From the NCBI GenBank assembly GCA_002719955.1, contig PBFW01000020.1, positions 9,651-73,650 of the forward strand: DNA of 64,000 nucleotides, given 5' to 3'. The notes beneath the pieces are model-generated. The model was not told the DNA's origin. It saw only the letters and a program-made list of their open reading frames with translations, and did no database searches. Position numbers and translations under genes: made by a program. Below, piece after piece: positions 54,417 through 64,000 of this stretch. The DNA is from Deltaproteobacteria bacterium. Its GTDB lineage: Bacteria > Myxococcota_A > UBA9160 > UBA4427. Within the stretch, counting starts at the first letter, position 1; every line of letters starts with the position of its first letter.

Positions 54417-57400
54417 CTAGTGGCTTCTTTCGAGCCGTTCGCAGAGTAGATTCGTGATGTGCGCCAGCAATCTTCGTGCGGGCTCGGAAGTCGAGGCCAG
54501 GGTTCCGATTCTGGCCCCTTCGAAGGCGGCGCTTTCGGAGTCCGCGCTCTCGAGTACGAGCAGCGCGCGAAGTACACATCGAAGGTCACCGCCGTGGCGA
54601 TCGACGGACCGGGCCGCCGCCATCGCCCGCAGGTCGTCGCCCCAGGCCTGGTGGTCCAATGCCTCGATCTCGCGGAGCGTCGTCTCCTCGACGCTTCGCC
54701 GAATCTTGCGTCGGGTCCAACGTCCCAGAGATTCCTCGAGTTCGGTTCGGAACTGAGATTCGTGACCGGTGCCGCCCGGGTCGAGGGACAGAGCCACCAA
54801 CGTGGAGAAGAGTGTCGCGCGTTCGCCGGTCTCGAGACGGGCGAGGCCTGGCGCGCAGAGTTCGTCCTCGATCGATCCGATCTGACGGATCGCGTCGGCG
54901 ATCTGCGGATCTTCGTCATCGGGTCGACCGGCACCAGAGCCCGCGAGGACAGCCGAGAGTTCTTCCCTCATCTGATGTGCCAGGCGACGCAGCCTCTCCG
55001 CCTCGGGGTCCACCATCTGCGGACCGGCGTCGATCGGGAATCGCAGCGTGGTCGGTGCGGACGCTTCTTCTTGTGGGGAGGCCAGACCGAGCGCGCGAAG
55101 TACGGTGATGGCTCCGTCCTCGACCTCTGATTCTCCGCGTTCTTTCGCGATCTGGCCGATCGCGCGAAGGGAGTCTGCGGTCGTGGGGGAGGATGCGAGA
55201 ATTTCCCGATGCAGTGCGAGGGATTCACGCCAGCGCTCTGGTGCGTGCAGGAGCAGGCGTGCCAGCGACGCTCGGGCGACGCCCATCTCCGGTTGCAGCG
55301 CGAGGGCGGATTGGTAGGCGGCCACGGCTTGATCGAAATCCTCCAGGGGTCCGGACAGGAGGCGACCGCGTTCGAGGTAGATATGGGCGAGGGCGCGGCG
55401 CTCACGATTCGGGTGGGCTTCGATGAAATTCTTGAGCACCGCATCCGCCTCGACCCAATCGCCGGCCATGCGCGCCAGTCGGGACTCACAGAGTGCCGCA
55501 TCGCTCGCGCTCGGGTCCCACCGCGCGGTTTCGCGATAGTGTTCTCGCGCTTCCTCGGTCTCTCCCGCGATCTCGGCCAGGCGTGCCGCACGCAGTGAGA
55601 TCTGCGCCGACAGGGAACTCGGCTCGATCGAATCGAGCGCGCGGGCGCATAGCGTTCGGACATCGGAGTCCGGCCCGCGTTCCCCCATCAGATCGCAGAG
55701 CAGAACCCACGCCGAGGAAAACCGTGGATCCACCTCGGTCGCGCATTCGAGCTGCTCGATCGCCCGATCCGTATCCTCCAGCGCGAGGGCGTGTTCGGCT
55801 GCTCGGAAGTGAGTGAGTGCGCGCGTCTCGGCCGCGCCGGGGGCCTCCGACCATCGTTCGAGTGCTGCGAGTGCTTCCTCCGGGCGAGCGGCACGTTCGT
55901 GCACACGGACCACGCCTTCGTGGGCGTTCTGGAGGGACGGGTCGGCCTCGATGGCTTCCTCATAGCGGGCCCATGCCACGTCGAGGTGATTCTCGGCCTC
56001 GAGTCCACGCGCGATGATCGCCAGGTGCTGGGCGCGATCCCGGTTCTCGCCTGGGAGGTCGATGCGGCGTTCGAGGGCCACACGCGCGGCACAGAAGTCG
56101 CCGTCCTCGAAATGGGCGAACCCGACGCATTCGAGGGCTTCGGGCTGATCCGCGTCGATTTCGAGGGCGATCTCGAAAAGGCCGCGACTCGCGTCGCGAC
56201 GGCCGAGTTCCCGGGCGGCGCAGCCGCCGAGCACTGCGACTTCGAGACGCTCCGCGTCGTCGATCGGCTCGGCGCGGGCGAGGTCGAGGGATCGCTGCGC
56301 CGCGCGTTCGGTTTCCTCGAGTCTTTCCAATCGATGGGCGACACGCGTGAGCGCGACATGCGCGCCGAGGGCGGCTGGGTCGAGTTCGATCGCGCGCAGG
56401 AGCAGGCGATGCGAGCGGTCTATATCGAGACCCATCGCGCAGGCAGCGGCTTTCGTACAATGGTCCGCGGCCGCGTCGGGCGAGGCGTGATCCGCGGCGC
56501 GTTCGAAGGCGGTCGCGGCTTGCTCGCAATGTCCGGCGTCCCGCGCGAGGTGGGCGAGCAGTGCCCAGGCGGCGTCGGACTCCGGCGCCACAGCGGTCGC
56601 TCGTTCGCTGCGGATGAGTGCCGTCTCCGAATCCCCTCGCGCGACGAGCGCCCGGGCGACTTCGAGATGATCGCTGACGCCGGCCTCGGAATCGCTCCGG
56701 TCGCACCAGTGGCCCAGACATTCGCAGAACGATTCCATGTCTCCGACCGTTTCGAATAGGCGGGCCAGTCGCAGCTCGTCCGGCGCACTGAGATGTTCGA
56801 GTTCGGCAGCCGCGCGGTAGGCCTCGATCGCATCGCCAGGATGCTCGCAAGCGTCGATCGACAGCGTCGCGACTCGTAGCCAGATCTCTCGCCGGCGCGA
56901 TCGGGTCTCGCACTCGTCTGCGAGGATCTCGAGTTCGCGGCGATAGAGGGCAATGCTATTGACGGATTCGCAACAGGCTTCCTTCACCAGGATCAGCGAT
57001 CGCAGCGCCTCGAGATCGTTGGCATCGAGATCAAGTGCGAGCTGATAGCCGCGGGCGGCGCGTTCCCCGGCGCCGAGGCGATGCCAGTAGACATCGCCGA
57101 GCCGTCGCGCGAGGGCCGCGCGCTGTGCGGGCTCGAGAAGATCATCGAGGCCGTATTCCGCCTCGATGGCATCGGCGAGTCCCTGCCAATCCCGGAGTCG
57201 CTCGCTACAACGTCGCCGCCCGCGGACCGCATCGAGGATCTGCTCGGGATCGCTCTCTGCAGCACGATAGGCGTCGCGTGCCCCCCGCAAGTCCAGCAGC
57301 CTTTCCTCTCGGATCTGAGCCAATTCGAGCCAGGCTGCCCCGTCGTCATCGCGGCGCTCGACAGACGCGACCAGTTCGCTTGCGAGCTCCGGAAGTCGCC

Positions 57401-60400
57401 CGGTGCGCCGCAGGAGCTTGCGGAGTCGCTCGCCGAGTACGGGATCAAATTCGCCGTCGGTACGGCAGAGCACGCGGAGATGTCCGAGTGCGCGCTCGCT
57501 GTCGCCCATCAGGGTGTCGTAGGTCCGCGCGAGTTCCTCACGCAGGGTACGCTTGAATTCGCGGGGGGTCGTGTCCTTCAGAACCGGGTCGTTCTCGATG
57601 ATTGCGAGTTCACGCTCGGCGACGTGGACCCATTGATCGTGGCGGCCGCTCGCCCGGAGGGCAGCGTCGAGGGCTCCGAGGGCAGCGATTTCGCCCTGCG
57701 GATCGTGACGGCTCGTCTCGACGTTGGCGACGAGATGGGGGATCGCTCTTTCGGGCTTTGCGAGGGTCGTACAGAAGAGTGCTGAGACCGCTTTGCGAAG
57801 CTCGAAGCATTTGTCGTCGTCGAGGAGTTCGATGCGCGCTTCGAGAATTTCGGCGCGCTCGGGCGTGCGCCCCATGAGGTCGTAGAGCCGATCGAGTTCT
57901 CGGAGGATCTCCGCCTTGTCATCGCTTCGCTCGAGCGCTTCGCGATAGGCATGGATCGCGCGGCCCGGAGCGTGGAGATCGCGCTCGAGCAGCCGCGCTC
58001 GCTGTAGGTGAAGCCGGCAGCGTTCCGCATCGTCGGTTCGGCGATCGAGTTCGTCGTCGAGGGCGCGAAGGGCTGCTTCGAAGCGGCCCGCTCGGCGATG
58101 CACCTCGGCAAGACGCGCGTAGAGTTCGGGATCCTGCGGTCTTTCCTCCAGCATGCGTGCGAGCCAGGGCAGGGACGCATCCGGATTGATCCTCGACCAG
58201 GCGATCTCGGACGCTTCTTCGAAGAGTTCGTAGCGGTCCGCGTTCTGCTTCTCCATCGCTTCGACGAAGAGACAGTCGAGCACCGCCGGCCACCGTTCTA
58301 GACGCTCGAGCAGCAAGCGCAGGGAGGTCCTGGCGCTCTTCCGACTCCGGTCGAACGAGATCGATTCGCGAAGGCTCAGCACCGCCTGGTCGGGGCGATC
58401 GAGTTCATTTGCGAAGAGATCGGCGCGGCGTTCGAGGATCTCTGCGCGCTCGTGGTTCGGGAGCGAGGTGCCGAGTGAACGATCGAGCAGCGAGAGAAGC
58501 CGCTCATTGTCGTGGCTTTGCTCGGTGAGCTCGACGGCGCGGTTGAACGCGTCGCGATGTTGCGGAAGGGAATCGAGGATCCACTCGAGGTGCACCAATG
58601 CCTGTTCGGGTTCATTGCGCCTCTCGGCGTGAAGGCGGGCCAGTCGCAGGCGCAGGTCGATGTTCTCGTCCTCACGGGCGAGGGATAGATGTTTTTCGAG
58701 GAGCTCGGTGAGTGGCTCGATCTCGTCGACGCGCTCGTAGATCTCGATCAGCGTCGTCTCGATCTCGTGATCGTTCGGGGACTCGGCGAGTGCTGCGCGA
58801 TAGGCGATCGCCGCTTCGTCGAAGTGGCCGAGTGCGTATTCACTCTCGCCGAGCCGAAGCCACCAGACCAGCTCGCCGTGTCCTTCGCCCGGGCTGGCGA
58901 GGACGGCGCGCGCGAGATCGCGTGCCGCCTCGTGTGCGTCGCCGCGACCGTAGAGTTCAGCCAGTGGATCGGCGACCTGGGGAATCGGGCCGAGGCGCTC
59001 GAGAGCGTGTTCGAGGAGGGGTCGCGCTCGCTCGTCGTCGTTCAGTGGGCCGCAGAGGAGGCTAGCGAGTCGCAGTCGAATCTCCGTCGCCTCGGGGCCA
59101 TCCGATTCTTCGACGCTGGCCAGGCGCGCTTCGAGGATCTTCGCGGTCTCGTCGTGGCGATCTTCGCTCGAAAAATGCATCGCGAGCACTTCGGCCGCCT
59201 CTGCATGGCCCGGGTCGAGTTCGAGAACACGCTGGTAGTGTTCGTAGGCCTCGCCGACCTCGCTTCCCTCAGGCCGTCGGTCCTCGTCGAGGCAGAGTCG
59301 TGCGGCCCCGACGCGCAGCATGAATTCACGTTCGGGCGAGGCCACGCAATCGAGCTCAGCCTTGACGACGCGCAGCCAGTCGGCGGGGCGATCGAGCTTC
59401 TGGGCGTAGATCTCCTCGAGTTGCTGCCAGACGTCGACGCGATTGCTTTCGAGTTGGGCAACGATCTCGAGCTGCTCGGCACAGCCTGCGAAATCGCTGA
59501 GGCGATCGCGGCAGAGCGCGGCCAGCCCTTCGCGCAGCGTCGCCTCCTCCTCCTCGGGGAGCGCTTCTGCGCGCGTGTTCAGCCGCTCCCGCAGCCGCTC
59601 CCATTGAGACGTGAACTCGAGCAGTGCCTCCAAACGTTCCCCTGCGCGTTCGGCTGCTTCCGAACCGTTGTAGAGGGTGAGGATCTCTTCGTAGAGATCA
59701 CAGGCCTCGAGCGGCTCTTCCAGCCCCTCCTCCATGAGTGCGGCGCGCTCGAGCTGTATTTTCGCCCTGCACGCTTCGTCGGGTTCCCAGCCCGCTCGCT
59801 GCTCGAGGAGTTCGCAGAGGCCCGCGGCGTCGTCCCCGCTGCGAAGCGCTCGCTCGTAGAGGTCGATGATCTCGTTGCTCTCGGGGTGACACTCGTGGAG
59901 CGCGGCCAAGATTTCGGCGGCCTCTTCGCAATGACCGAGTGAGTCGAGCAGGATCGTCGCCCGCTGTGTGTCGAGTTCGAAGGCCTCTGGCGAATTGCCC
60001 CCGACGCGCTGCCGGCGGGTCGCGAGGAGATGCGCCAGCTCCGAATAGCGCCCCACCGATTCGAGCAACGACTCGAGTTCGTGGAATGCCTCGGCTGGGC
60101 CATCGGGCAGGTCGACGAGTCGCCATTTAACGACGATGGCCGCGTCGATATCTCCGAGCGGGTCCTGCAACGTCGAAGCGAGTTCTTCGAGCAGGTCGGG
60201 TTGTTCGTCAGGCGGGAGCAGATCGGTCAGCTGGCGGAGCGCGCGGACGAGATCCTGAGGACGCTTGAGGCGTCGATAGACGTCGCAAAGTGAGGTCAGG
60301 ACGTTTTGCGGATCGGCGTGGGATTCCAGCGCGAGCTCGAGTGCAGTCCCGGCGTCGAGATCCTGCCCCAGTTCGACGTGCAGCGCCGCTTGACGCTCGA

Positions 60401-62291
60401 GGGTGGTCCCCCGATCTCGGCCGGTCTGGAGTCGGGCGAGGATGCGTCGGGATTCGATCTCCGCCTGAGGTCGATCCAGGCGGGATTCGAAATAGGCGCG
60501 TCGCTCGAAGGCGTCCTTCCTCCCCGAAGAACATTCGCTCCAGCGCGTCGCCCAGCGCAGCGCTTCCTCGATCTCATTTCGTTCTTCGAGAATCGGGATC
60601 ACGCTGCGTGCGAGTTCGTCGATCTGGTCGGGATCGTCACAGCGCGCCGCCTCGCGCTCGCAGATCTCGAGCATGAGGTCGGGGTCCCCGCTCGCGTCGG
60701 CGAGCGTGCGGAGGCCCGCAAGGGCCAGTTCGCAGGAAGCATCGATTGAGAGTGCGGTTTCGAAGAGCGCGCGTGCGCGCGCCGCATCCTCGAAATGCTC
60801 GAGCGTGAGTTTGCCGAGCTGGGCGGGCAGACTGGCCGGGGGCTCATCGTCGTGGGTGCCGAGCGCCGCCTCCAGCACTTCGCGAAGCGCGTCCCAGTCG
60901 TCGCTTCTTTGATAGATGCGGTCGAGGGCATCGATGGCCGGGCCACTCCCCGGTTCGAGGTCGAATGCGCGTCGCCAATTCACGCGAGCGGCGTCGTCGT
61001 CCCCGAGATCGTCCTCCTGGAGCGTGGCCAGTTCGCGCAGCTGTTCGGCTCGATTCGACGCATCCCTTCCTGGATCGAGGGCCACCAGCGTTTCGAGCAC
61101 TTCCGCGAGCTCACGCTTGGCGCCTCCCTCACGCAGGAGTCGTGCGTGCAGCGTGAGGATTCGTTCGTCGCTGTGCCCGGCGCGGCGGATCGCGTCGAGT
61201 GCGGCGTCTGGGTTCCCGAAATCAGCGTGAAGCTCGGCGGCCTCGACGAGTGCGGCCTGAGGTGCGTTTGGACCGCTGAGAGTGATCAGCTTGTCGAGAT
61301 TCTCGAGCAGCGCTTCGCGATCGCCATCATTTCTCTCCACATCGCTCGCGGCGAGCAATACGGAGGGCTCTTCCGGACAGAGTTCGAGGGCGCGGTCGAC
61401 CCATGCCCGCGCGCGGGCCGGCGATTCGAGGTGGTTGAGCTGGATTTGGCTGGCCTCGACGGCAATGGCCGAGCGGTGTCGCGCGCCGGAAGCCAGGTCG
61501 AAGCAGCTCTCGAGCAGTTCCGAAACGACGGGCCAGTCTTCGTCCGCGGTGGCCAGGAGCAGCGACCATTCGATGGCGGGGGCCTGGAAGGGATCGTCAT
61601 CGAGCGCGGCCGCGAAACATTTGCGGGCGCGCTGTGACGCCTCGAGCGGTCCTGCATAGAGCCAGCCGAGCGCGATCCACGCGGGAGCCCGTTCCGGGCT
61701 CCGTGGTCGCCGCGTCAATCGCTCGAGAATCGTCGCGGCCTCGGCCCATCGACCCGCGTCCCGGTGGAGCTGGGCCAGACCTGCGAGGGCCGCGGGAAAT
61801 TCCGAGTCGGCTTCGAGTGCGCGTTCGAAGCAGGCACGTGCCTCGTCGGGATCTGCGAGTTGATCTTGCCAGGTTCGTCCGAGTTCGGATTCGAAGGCAG
61901 CACGCTCGTAGGGCGGCATGGTCGTCGCGCTCTCGAGTTCCGCGATCTGCAGGACCATGTCCCACTGCGTGCGGCGCTCGTGGATCCTCCGCAGCTGCCG
62001 AAGCGCCGGTCGGTTCGTGGGGTCCATCCGGGCGAGGGTCCAGTAGACCTCGATCGCTGCCTCGGCGTCAAGGACGCGCTCTTCGAGGATCTGTCCGAGG
62101 CGAAAGAGCACTGGCCCGCGCAGCGATTCGTCGGCTTCGACGGACGGGGCCGCGATCCGGTCGCGGTAGAGCTGCACGAGGGCATCCCAGGCACCCTCGA
62201 AGAAGAAATGTTCTTCGAGCCCCTCGAAAACCCGGCGATCGTCGGGGTTGCTTGCGAAGATCTTCTGTTGTGCGTCGAGACCAGTTGCCAA
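54417..62291 (-). CDS. giant (2624 aa) tetratricopeptide-repeat protein
   Basis: One uninterrupted ORF of 7.9 kb. The sequence is helical-repeat throughout, with TPR-like periodicity (e.g. [42 protein letters not shown]; AIEAYRAAAELEHLSAPDELRLARLFETVGDMESF). I saw no enzymatic motif. Confidence 0.9.
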   Translation of the reverse strand: MATGLDAQQKIFASNPDDRRVFEGLEEHFFFEGAWDALVQLYRDRIAAPSVEADESLRGPVLFRLGQILEERVLDAEAAIEVYWTLARMDPTNRPALRQLRRIHERRTQWDMVLQIAELESATTMPPYERAAFESELGRTWQDQLADPDEARACFERALEADSEFPAALAGLAQLHRDAGRWAEAATILERLTRRPRSPERAPAWIALGWLYAGPLEASQRARKCFAAALDDDPFQAPAIEWSLLLATADEDWPVVSELLESCFDLASGARHRSAIAVEASQIQLNHLESPARARAWVDRALELCPEEPSVLLAASDVERNDGDREALLENLDKLITLSGPNAPQAALVEAAELHADFGNPDAALDAIRRAGHSDERILTLHARLLREGGAKRELAEVLETLVALDPGRDASNRAEQLRELATLQEDDLGDDDAARVNWRRAFDLEPGSGPAIDALDRIYQRSDDWDALREVLEAALGTHDDEPPASLPAQLGKLTLEHFEDAARARALFETALSIDASCELALAGLRTLADASGDPDLMLEICEREAARCDDPDQIDELARSVIPILEERNEIEEALRWATRWSECSSGRKDAFERRAYFESRLDRPQAEIESRRILARLQTGRDRGTTLERQAALHVELGQDLDAGTALELALESHADPQNVLTSLCDVYRRLKRPQDLVRALRQLTDLLPPDEQPDLLEELASTLQDPLGDIDAAIVVKWRLVDLPDGPAEAFHELESLLESVGRYSELAHLLATRRQRVGGNSPEAFELDTQRATILLDSLGHCEEAAEILAALHECHPESNEIIDLYERALRSGDDAAGLCELLEQRAGWEPDEACRAKIQLERAALMEEGLEEPLEACDLYEEILTLYNGSEAAERAGERLEALLEFTSQWERLRERLNTRAEALPEEEEATLREGLAALCRDRLSDFAGCAEQLEIVAQLESNRVDVWQQLEEIYAQKLDRPADWLRVVKAELDCVASPEREFMLRVGAARLCLDEDRRPEGSEVGEAYEHYQRVLELDPGHAEAAEVLAMHFSSEDRHDETAKILEARLASVEESDGPEATEIRLRLASLLCGPLNDDERARPLLEHALERLGPIPQVADPLAELYGRGDAHEAARDLARAVLASPGEGHGELVWWLRLGESEYALGHFDEAAIAYRAALAESPNDHEIETTLIEIYERVDEIEPLTELLEKHLSLAREDENIDLRLRLARLHAERRNEPEQALVHLEWILDSLPQHRDAFNRAVELTEQSHDNERLLSLLDRSLGTSLPNHERAEILERRADLFANELDRPDQAVLSLRESISFDRSRKSARTSLRLLLERLERWPAVLDCLFVEAMEKQNADRYELFEEASEIAWSRINPDASLPWLARMLEERPQDPELYARLAEVHRRAGRFEAALRALDDELDRRTDDAERCRLHLQRARLLERDLHAPGRAIHAYREALERSDDKAEILRELDRLYDLMGRTPERAEILEARIELLDDDKCFELRKAVSALFCTTLAKPERAIPHLVANVETSRHDPQGEIAALGALDAALRASGRHDQWVHVAERELAIIENDPVLKDTTPREFKRTLREELARTYDTLMGDSERALGHLRVLCRTDGEFDPVLGERLRKLLRRTGRLPELASELVASVERRDDDGAAWLELAQIREERLLDLRGARDAYRAAESDPEQILDAVRGRRRCSERLRDWQGLADAIEAEYGLDDLLEPAQRAALARRLGDVYWHRLGAGERAARGYQLALDLDANDLEALRSLILVKEACCESVNSIALYRRELEILADECETRSRRREIWLRVATLSIDACEHPGDAIEAYRAAAELEHLSAPDELRLARLFETVGDMESFCECLGHWCDRSDSEAGVSDHLEVARALVARGDSETALIRSERATAVAPESDAAWALLAHLARDAGHCEQAATAFERAADHASPDAAADHCTKAAACAMGLDIDRSHRLLLRAIELDPAALGAHVALTRVAHRLERLEETERAAQRSLDLARAEPIDDAERLEVAVLGGCAARELGRRDASRGLFEIALEIDADQPEALECVGFAHFEDGDFCAARVALERRIDLPGENRDRAQHLAIIARGLEAENHLDVAWARYEEAIEADPSLQNAHEGVVRVHERAARPEEALAALERWSEAPGAAETRALTHFRAAEHALALEDTDRAIEQLECATEVDPRFSSAWVLLCDLMGERGPDSDVRTLCARALDSIEPSSLSAQISLRAARLAEIAGETEEAREHYRETARWDPSASDAALCESRLARMAGDWVEADAVLKNFIEAHPNRERRALAHIYLERGRLLSGPLEDFDQAVAAYQSALALQPEMGVARASLARLLLHAPERWRESLALHREILASSPTTADSLRAIGQIAKERGESEVEDGAITVLRALGLASPQEEASAPTTLRFPIDAGPQMVDPEAERLRRLAHQMREELSAVLAGSGAGRPDDEDPQIADAIRQIGSIEDELCAPGLARLETGERATLFSTLVALSLDPGGTGHESQFRTELEESLGRWTRRKIRRSVEETTLREIEALDHQAWGDDLRAMAAARSVDRHGGDLRCVLRALLVLESADSESAAFEGARIGTLASTSEPARRLLAHITNLLCERLERSH

Positions 62292-62359
62292 GGATCCCTC
62301 TCATCGACTCGCATCGGGGGTCTACCGGGTTCTTTATCGACACGTGAGACGCATCCTTG

Positions 62360-62893
62360 ATGGAGGAATTCGCTTTGGGAATCGAAGGTGTCCGCCGTCA
62401 GACGCGGGTTGGTGAGGGATCGGGGGACAAAGCGGATCATCTCTACTTTCGGGGGATCTCCGCCTCGGACTCGGAGGTTCTCGAAGCCCTGGCCAAGCGC
62501 TCGATGGATCGCGCCTGGTCCCGGGACCAGATCGAGGGGGCCCTGATGGGAGCAGAAGCCCGCGCCTGTCTGATGGAACGGCTTCCCTCCGAGGGGGAGG
62601 CTGTCCACCCGGTTGGATTCGTGCTGGCGCGTCGGTTCGGAGACCTGCTCGAAATCGACCTCGTGGGCGTCGACCCGGCGAGTCGTCGTCGAGGTGTGGC
62701 TCGACGGCTTCTCGAGAATTTGATCGAGGGCGAACGCACGCTGGGGATGGCTGAGGCGCGCCTGGAGTTGGCGGCCTCCAATGCGGCGGCGCTGGCGCTC
62801 TACGAGGGTCTCGGATTCGTGGTCGTTGGACGGCGTTCACGCTATTACCCCGACGGCGATGATGCCCTGCTTTTGACGAAGGCGTTCAAATGA
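62360..62893 (+). CDS. rimI: ribosomal-protein-alanine N-acetyltransferase (GNAT)
   Basis: ORF track 62357 (TTG) with an ATG at 62360. ...LEIDLVGVDPASRRRGVARRLLENLI...ARLELAASNAAALALYEGLGFVVVGRRSRYYPDGDDALLL. Confidence 0.8.
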   Translation: MEEFALGIEGVRRQTRVGEGSGDKADHLYFRGISASDSEVLEALAKRSMDRAWSRDQIEGALMGAEARACLMERLPSEGEAVHPVGFVLARRFGDLLEIDLVGVDPASRRRGVARRLLENLIEGERTLGMAEARLELAASNAAALALYEGLGFVVVGRRSRYYPDGDDALLLTKAFK

Positions 62894-62936
62894 TCGGCGC
62901 CCGCGCGATGGGGCTTCGGCCAGACCGGAGGGGTGT

Positions 62937-63803
62937 TTGGGCTCGAACAACGCGCTGGTCCGATCTGTCCCAGCGAAGGATCCGCCGATTCGCGGCTACG
63001 CCCGCGTGCTCGCCAATCTTGCGGAGGGAAACGGCCGCAGGATTCGCGTGGCCATCCGCGGTTGGCCGGGTGCGATTCCCGGTCAATTCGTGATGGTGGG
63101 TGCCGGCGCCGAGGCTTCGGTGCCCCGCTACGACCCGCTGCTCTCGCGCCCGATGGCGGTCTACCGCGAGCACGGGCCGGGGGAGGCCGGCGAGGCCGAA
63201 ATCGAGCTCTTCTACCGGGTGGTCGGACGCGGGACGGCCCTGCTCTCGGAGGTTGGGCCTGCACAAAGGGTCTCGATCGTGGGGCCGCTCGGTCGAGGTT
63301 TTCCGCTCGTCGACTGCGGATCGGGCGGCGGTCCGGCGCTGCTCGTCGGTGGCGGAACGGGAATCGCCTCGCTCTACGAATTCGCGCGGGCGTTGGCGGA
63401 AGCGGGGAGAAGCGTGGTCCTGCTGCTCGGCGCGGGTGCCCGCGACGACCTGATCGGTCGCGCGGATTTCGAAGCCCTCGGTCTCGAACTCGTGTGCACC
63501 ACCGAAGATGGCAGTGACGGGATCCGGGGGCTCGTCACCGGGCCGCTCGAGACTCGACTCGCCGAGCACGGCTCTGCGGCCTCGGTCTTCGCAGTGGGCC
63601 CGACGCCGATGTTGCGCGCCTGCGCGGATCTGGCGGCGCGCTACGCCGCCGCCTGTCTCGTCTCGCTGGAGAACCCGATGGCCTGCGGATTTGGCGTCTG
63701 TCTAGGCTGCGCCGTGCCGCGCGCCGAGGAGGGCTTCTCGCTGGTCTGTCGCGACGGGCCGGTCTTCGACGCACGAGAGATCGATTGGGAGGGGCTTCCG
63801 TGA
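62937..63803 (+). CDS. pyrK: dihydroorotate dehydrogenase (type 1B) electron-transfer subunit
   Basis: 288 aa with a TTG start. ...PGQFVMVGAG...DPLLSRPMAVY...IVGPLGRGF...LLVGGGTGIASLYEFA...VFAVGPTPML... and the C-terminal 2Fe-2S ligands CGFGVCLGCAV...LVCRDGPVF. Confidence 0.9.
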   Translation: MGSNNALVRSVPAKDPPIRGYARVLANLAEGNGRRIRVAIRGWPGAIPGQFVMVGAGAEASVPRYDPLLSRPMAVYREHGPGEAGEAEIELFYRVVGRGTALLSEVGPAQRVSIVGPLGRGFPLVDCGSGGGPALLVGGGTGIASLYEFARALAEAGRSVVLLLGAGARDDLIGRADFEALGLELVCTTEDGSDGIRGLVTGPLETRLAEHGSAASVFAVGPTPMLRACADLAARYAAACLVSLENPMACGFGVCLGCAVPRAEEGFSLVCRDGPVFDAREIDWEGLP

Positions 63804-64000
63804 GCGTGGGGGGGGCGACACAGGCGGGCGGAGGCGCGGGCGCGGAGATCGATGAAAGCGTCGAATTCGCGGGCATCGCCCTGCGAAATCCCGTGCTGAC
63901 CGCCTCCGGGACCTTTGGCTACGGCACGGAATTCGCGCCCTTCCTCGATCTCGAGAAGATCGGTGGCTTCGTGGCCAAGAGCCTGACGCTCGAGCCGCGC
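63800..64000 (+). CDS. pyrD: dihydroorotate dehydrogenase catalytic subunit, 5' end (continues beyond the window)
   Basis: The GTG at 63800 overlaps the pyrK stop (GTGA). ...VEFAGIALRNPVLTASGTFGYGTEFAPFLDLEKIGGFVAKSLTLEPR matches the PyrD class 1 N-terminus. Confidence 0.85.
   Translation, partial: MSVGGATQAGGGAGAEIDESVEFAGIALRNPVLTASGTFGYGTEFAPFLDLEKIGGFVAKSLTLEPR

Overview
GC-rich segment (by eye about two-thirds G+C, with third codon positions almost all G/C) from the chromosome of a diderm bacterium (lpxC, an RND efflux pair, many lipoproteins). It holds about 60 genes. The left ~32 kb is accessory-looking. It carries redox and xenobiotic-type enzymes: two luciferase-like monooxygenases, a deazaflavin-dependent nitroreductase-family protein, a PPOX-family protein, a P450, a Baeyer-Villiger type flavin monooxygenase, SDRs and hydrolases. 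These are interspersed with an unusual number of broken genes and one degraded IS5/IS1182-type element. The right ~32 kb is mostly core: an rplX-like gene plus rpmG, a ferredoxin, aroE, a family-4 UDG, an Hsp70/J-protein pair, yebC-ruvCAB, lpxC, rimI and pyrK/pyrD. It also has very large repeat proteins: a 2624-aa TPR protein with a PilZ gene, a Ser/Thr kinase with a 13-residue repeat array, an FG-GAP protein, and an 8-haem/thioredoxin-fold fusion lipoprotein. The most notable result is two genes whose reading frames continue through an in-frame TGA placed exactly at a redox-cysteine position. One is a U-G-S-C motif protein at 5292..5831; the other is a BCP-type peroxiredoxin at 26209..26661. 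Both are candidate selenoproteins that the stop-delimited ORF track splits. Five further in-frame TGAs and several frameshifts interrupt otherwise recognisable genes. I saw no rRNA, intact tRNA or CRISPR array. All family assignments come from reading the translations and from remembered family signatures; no searches were run.
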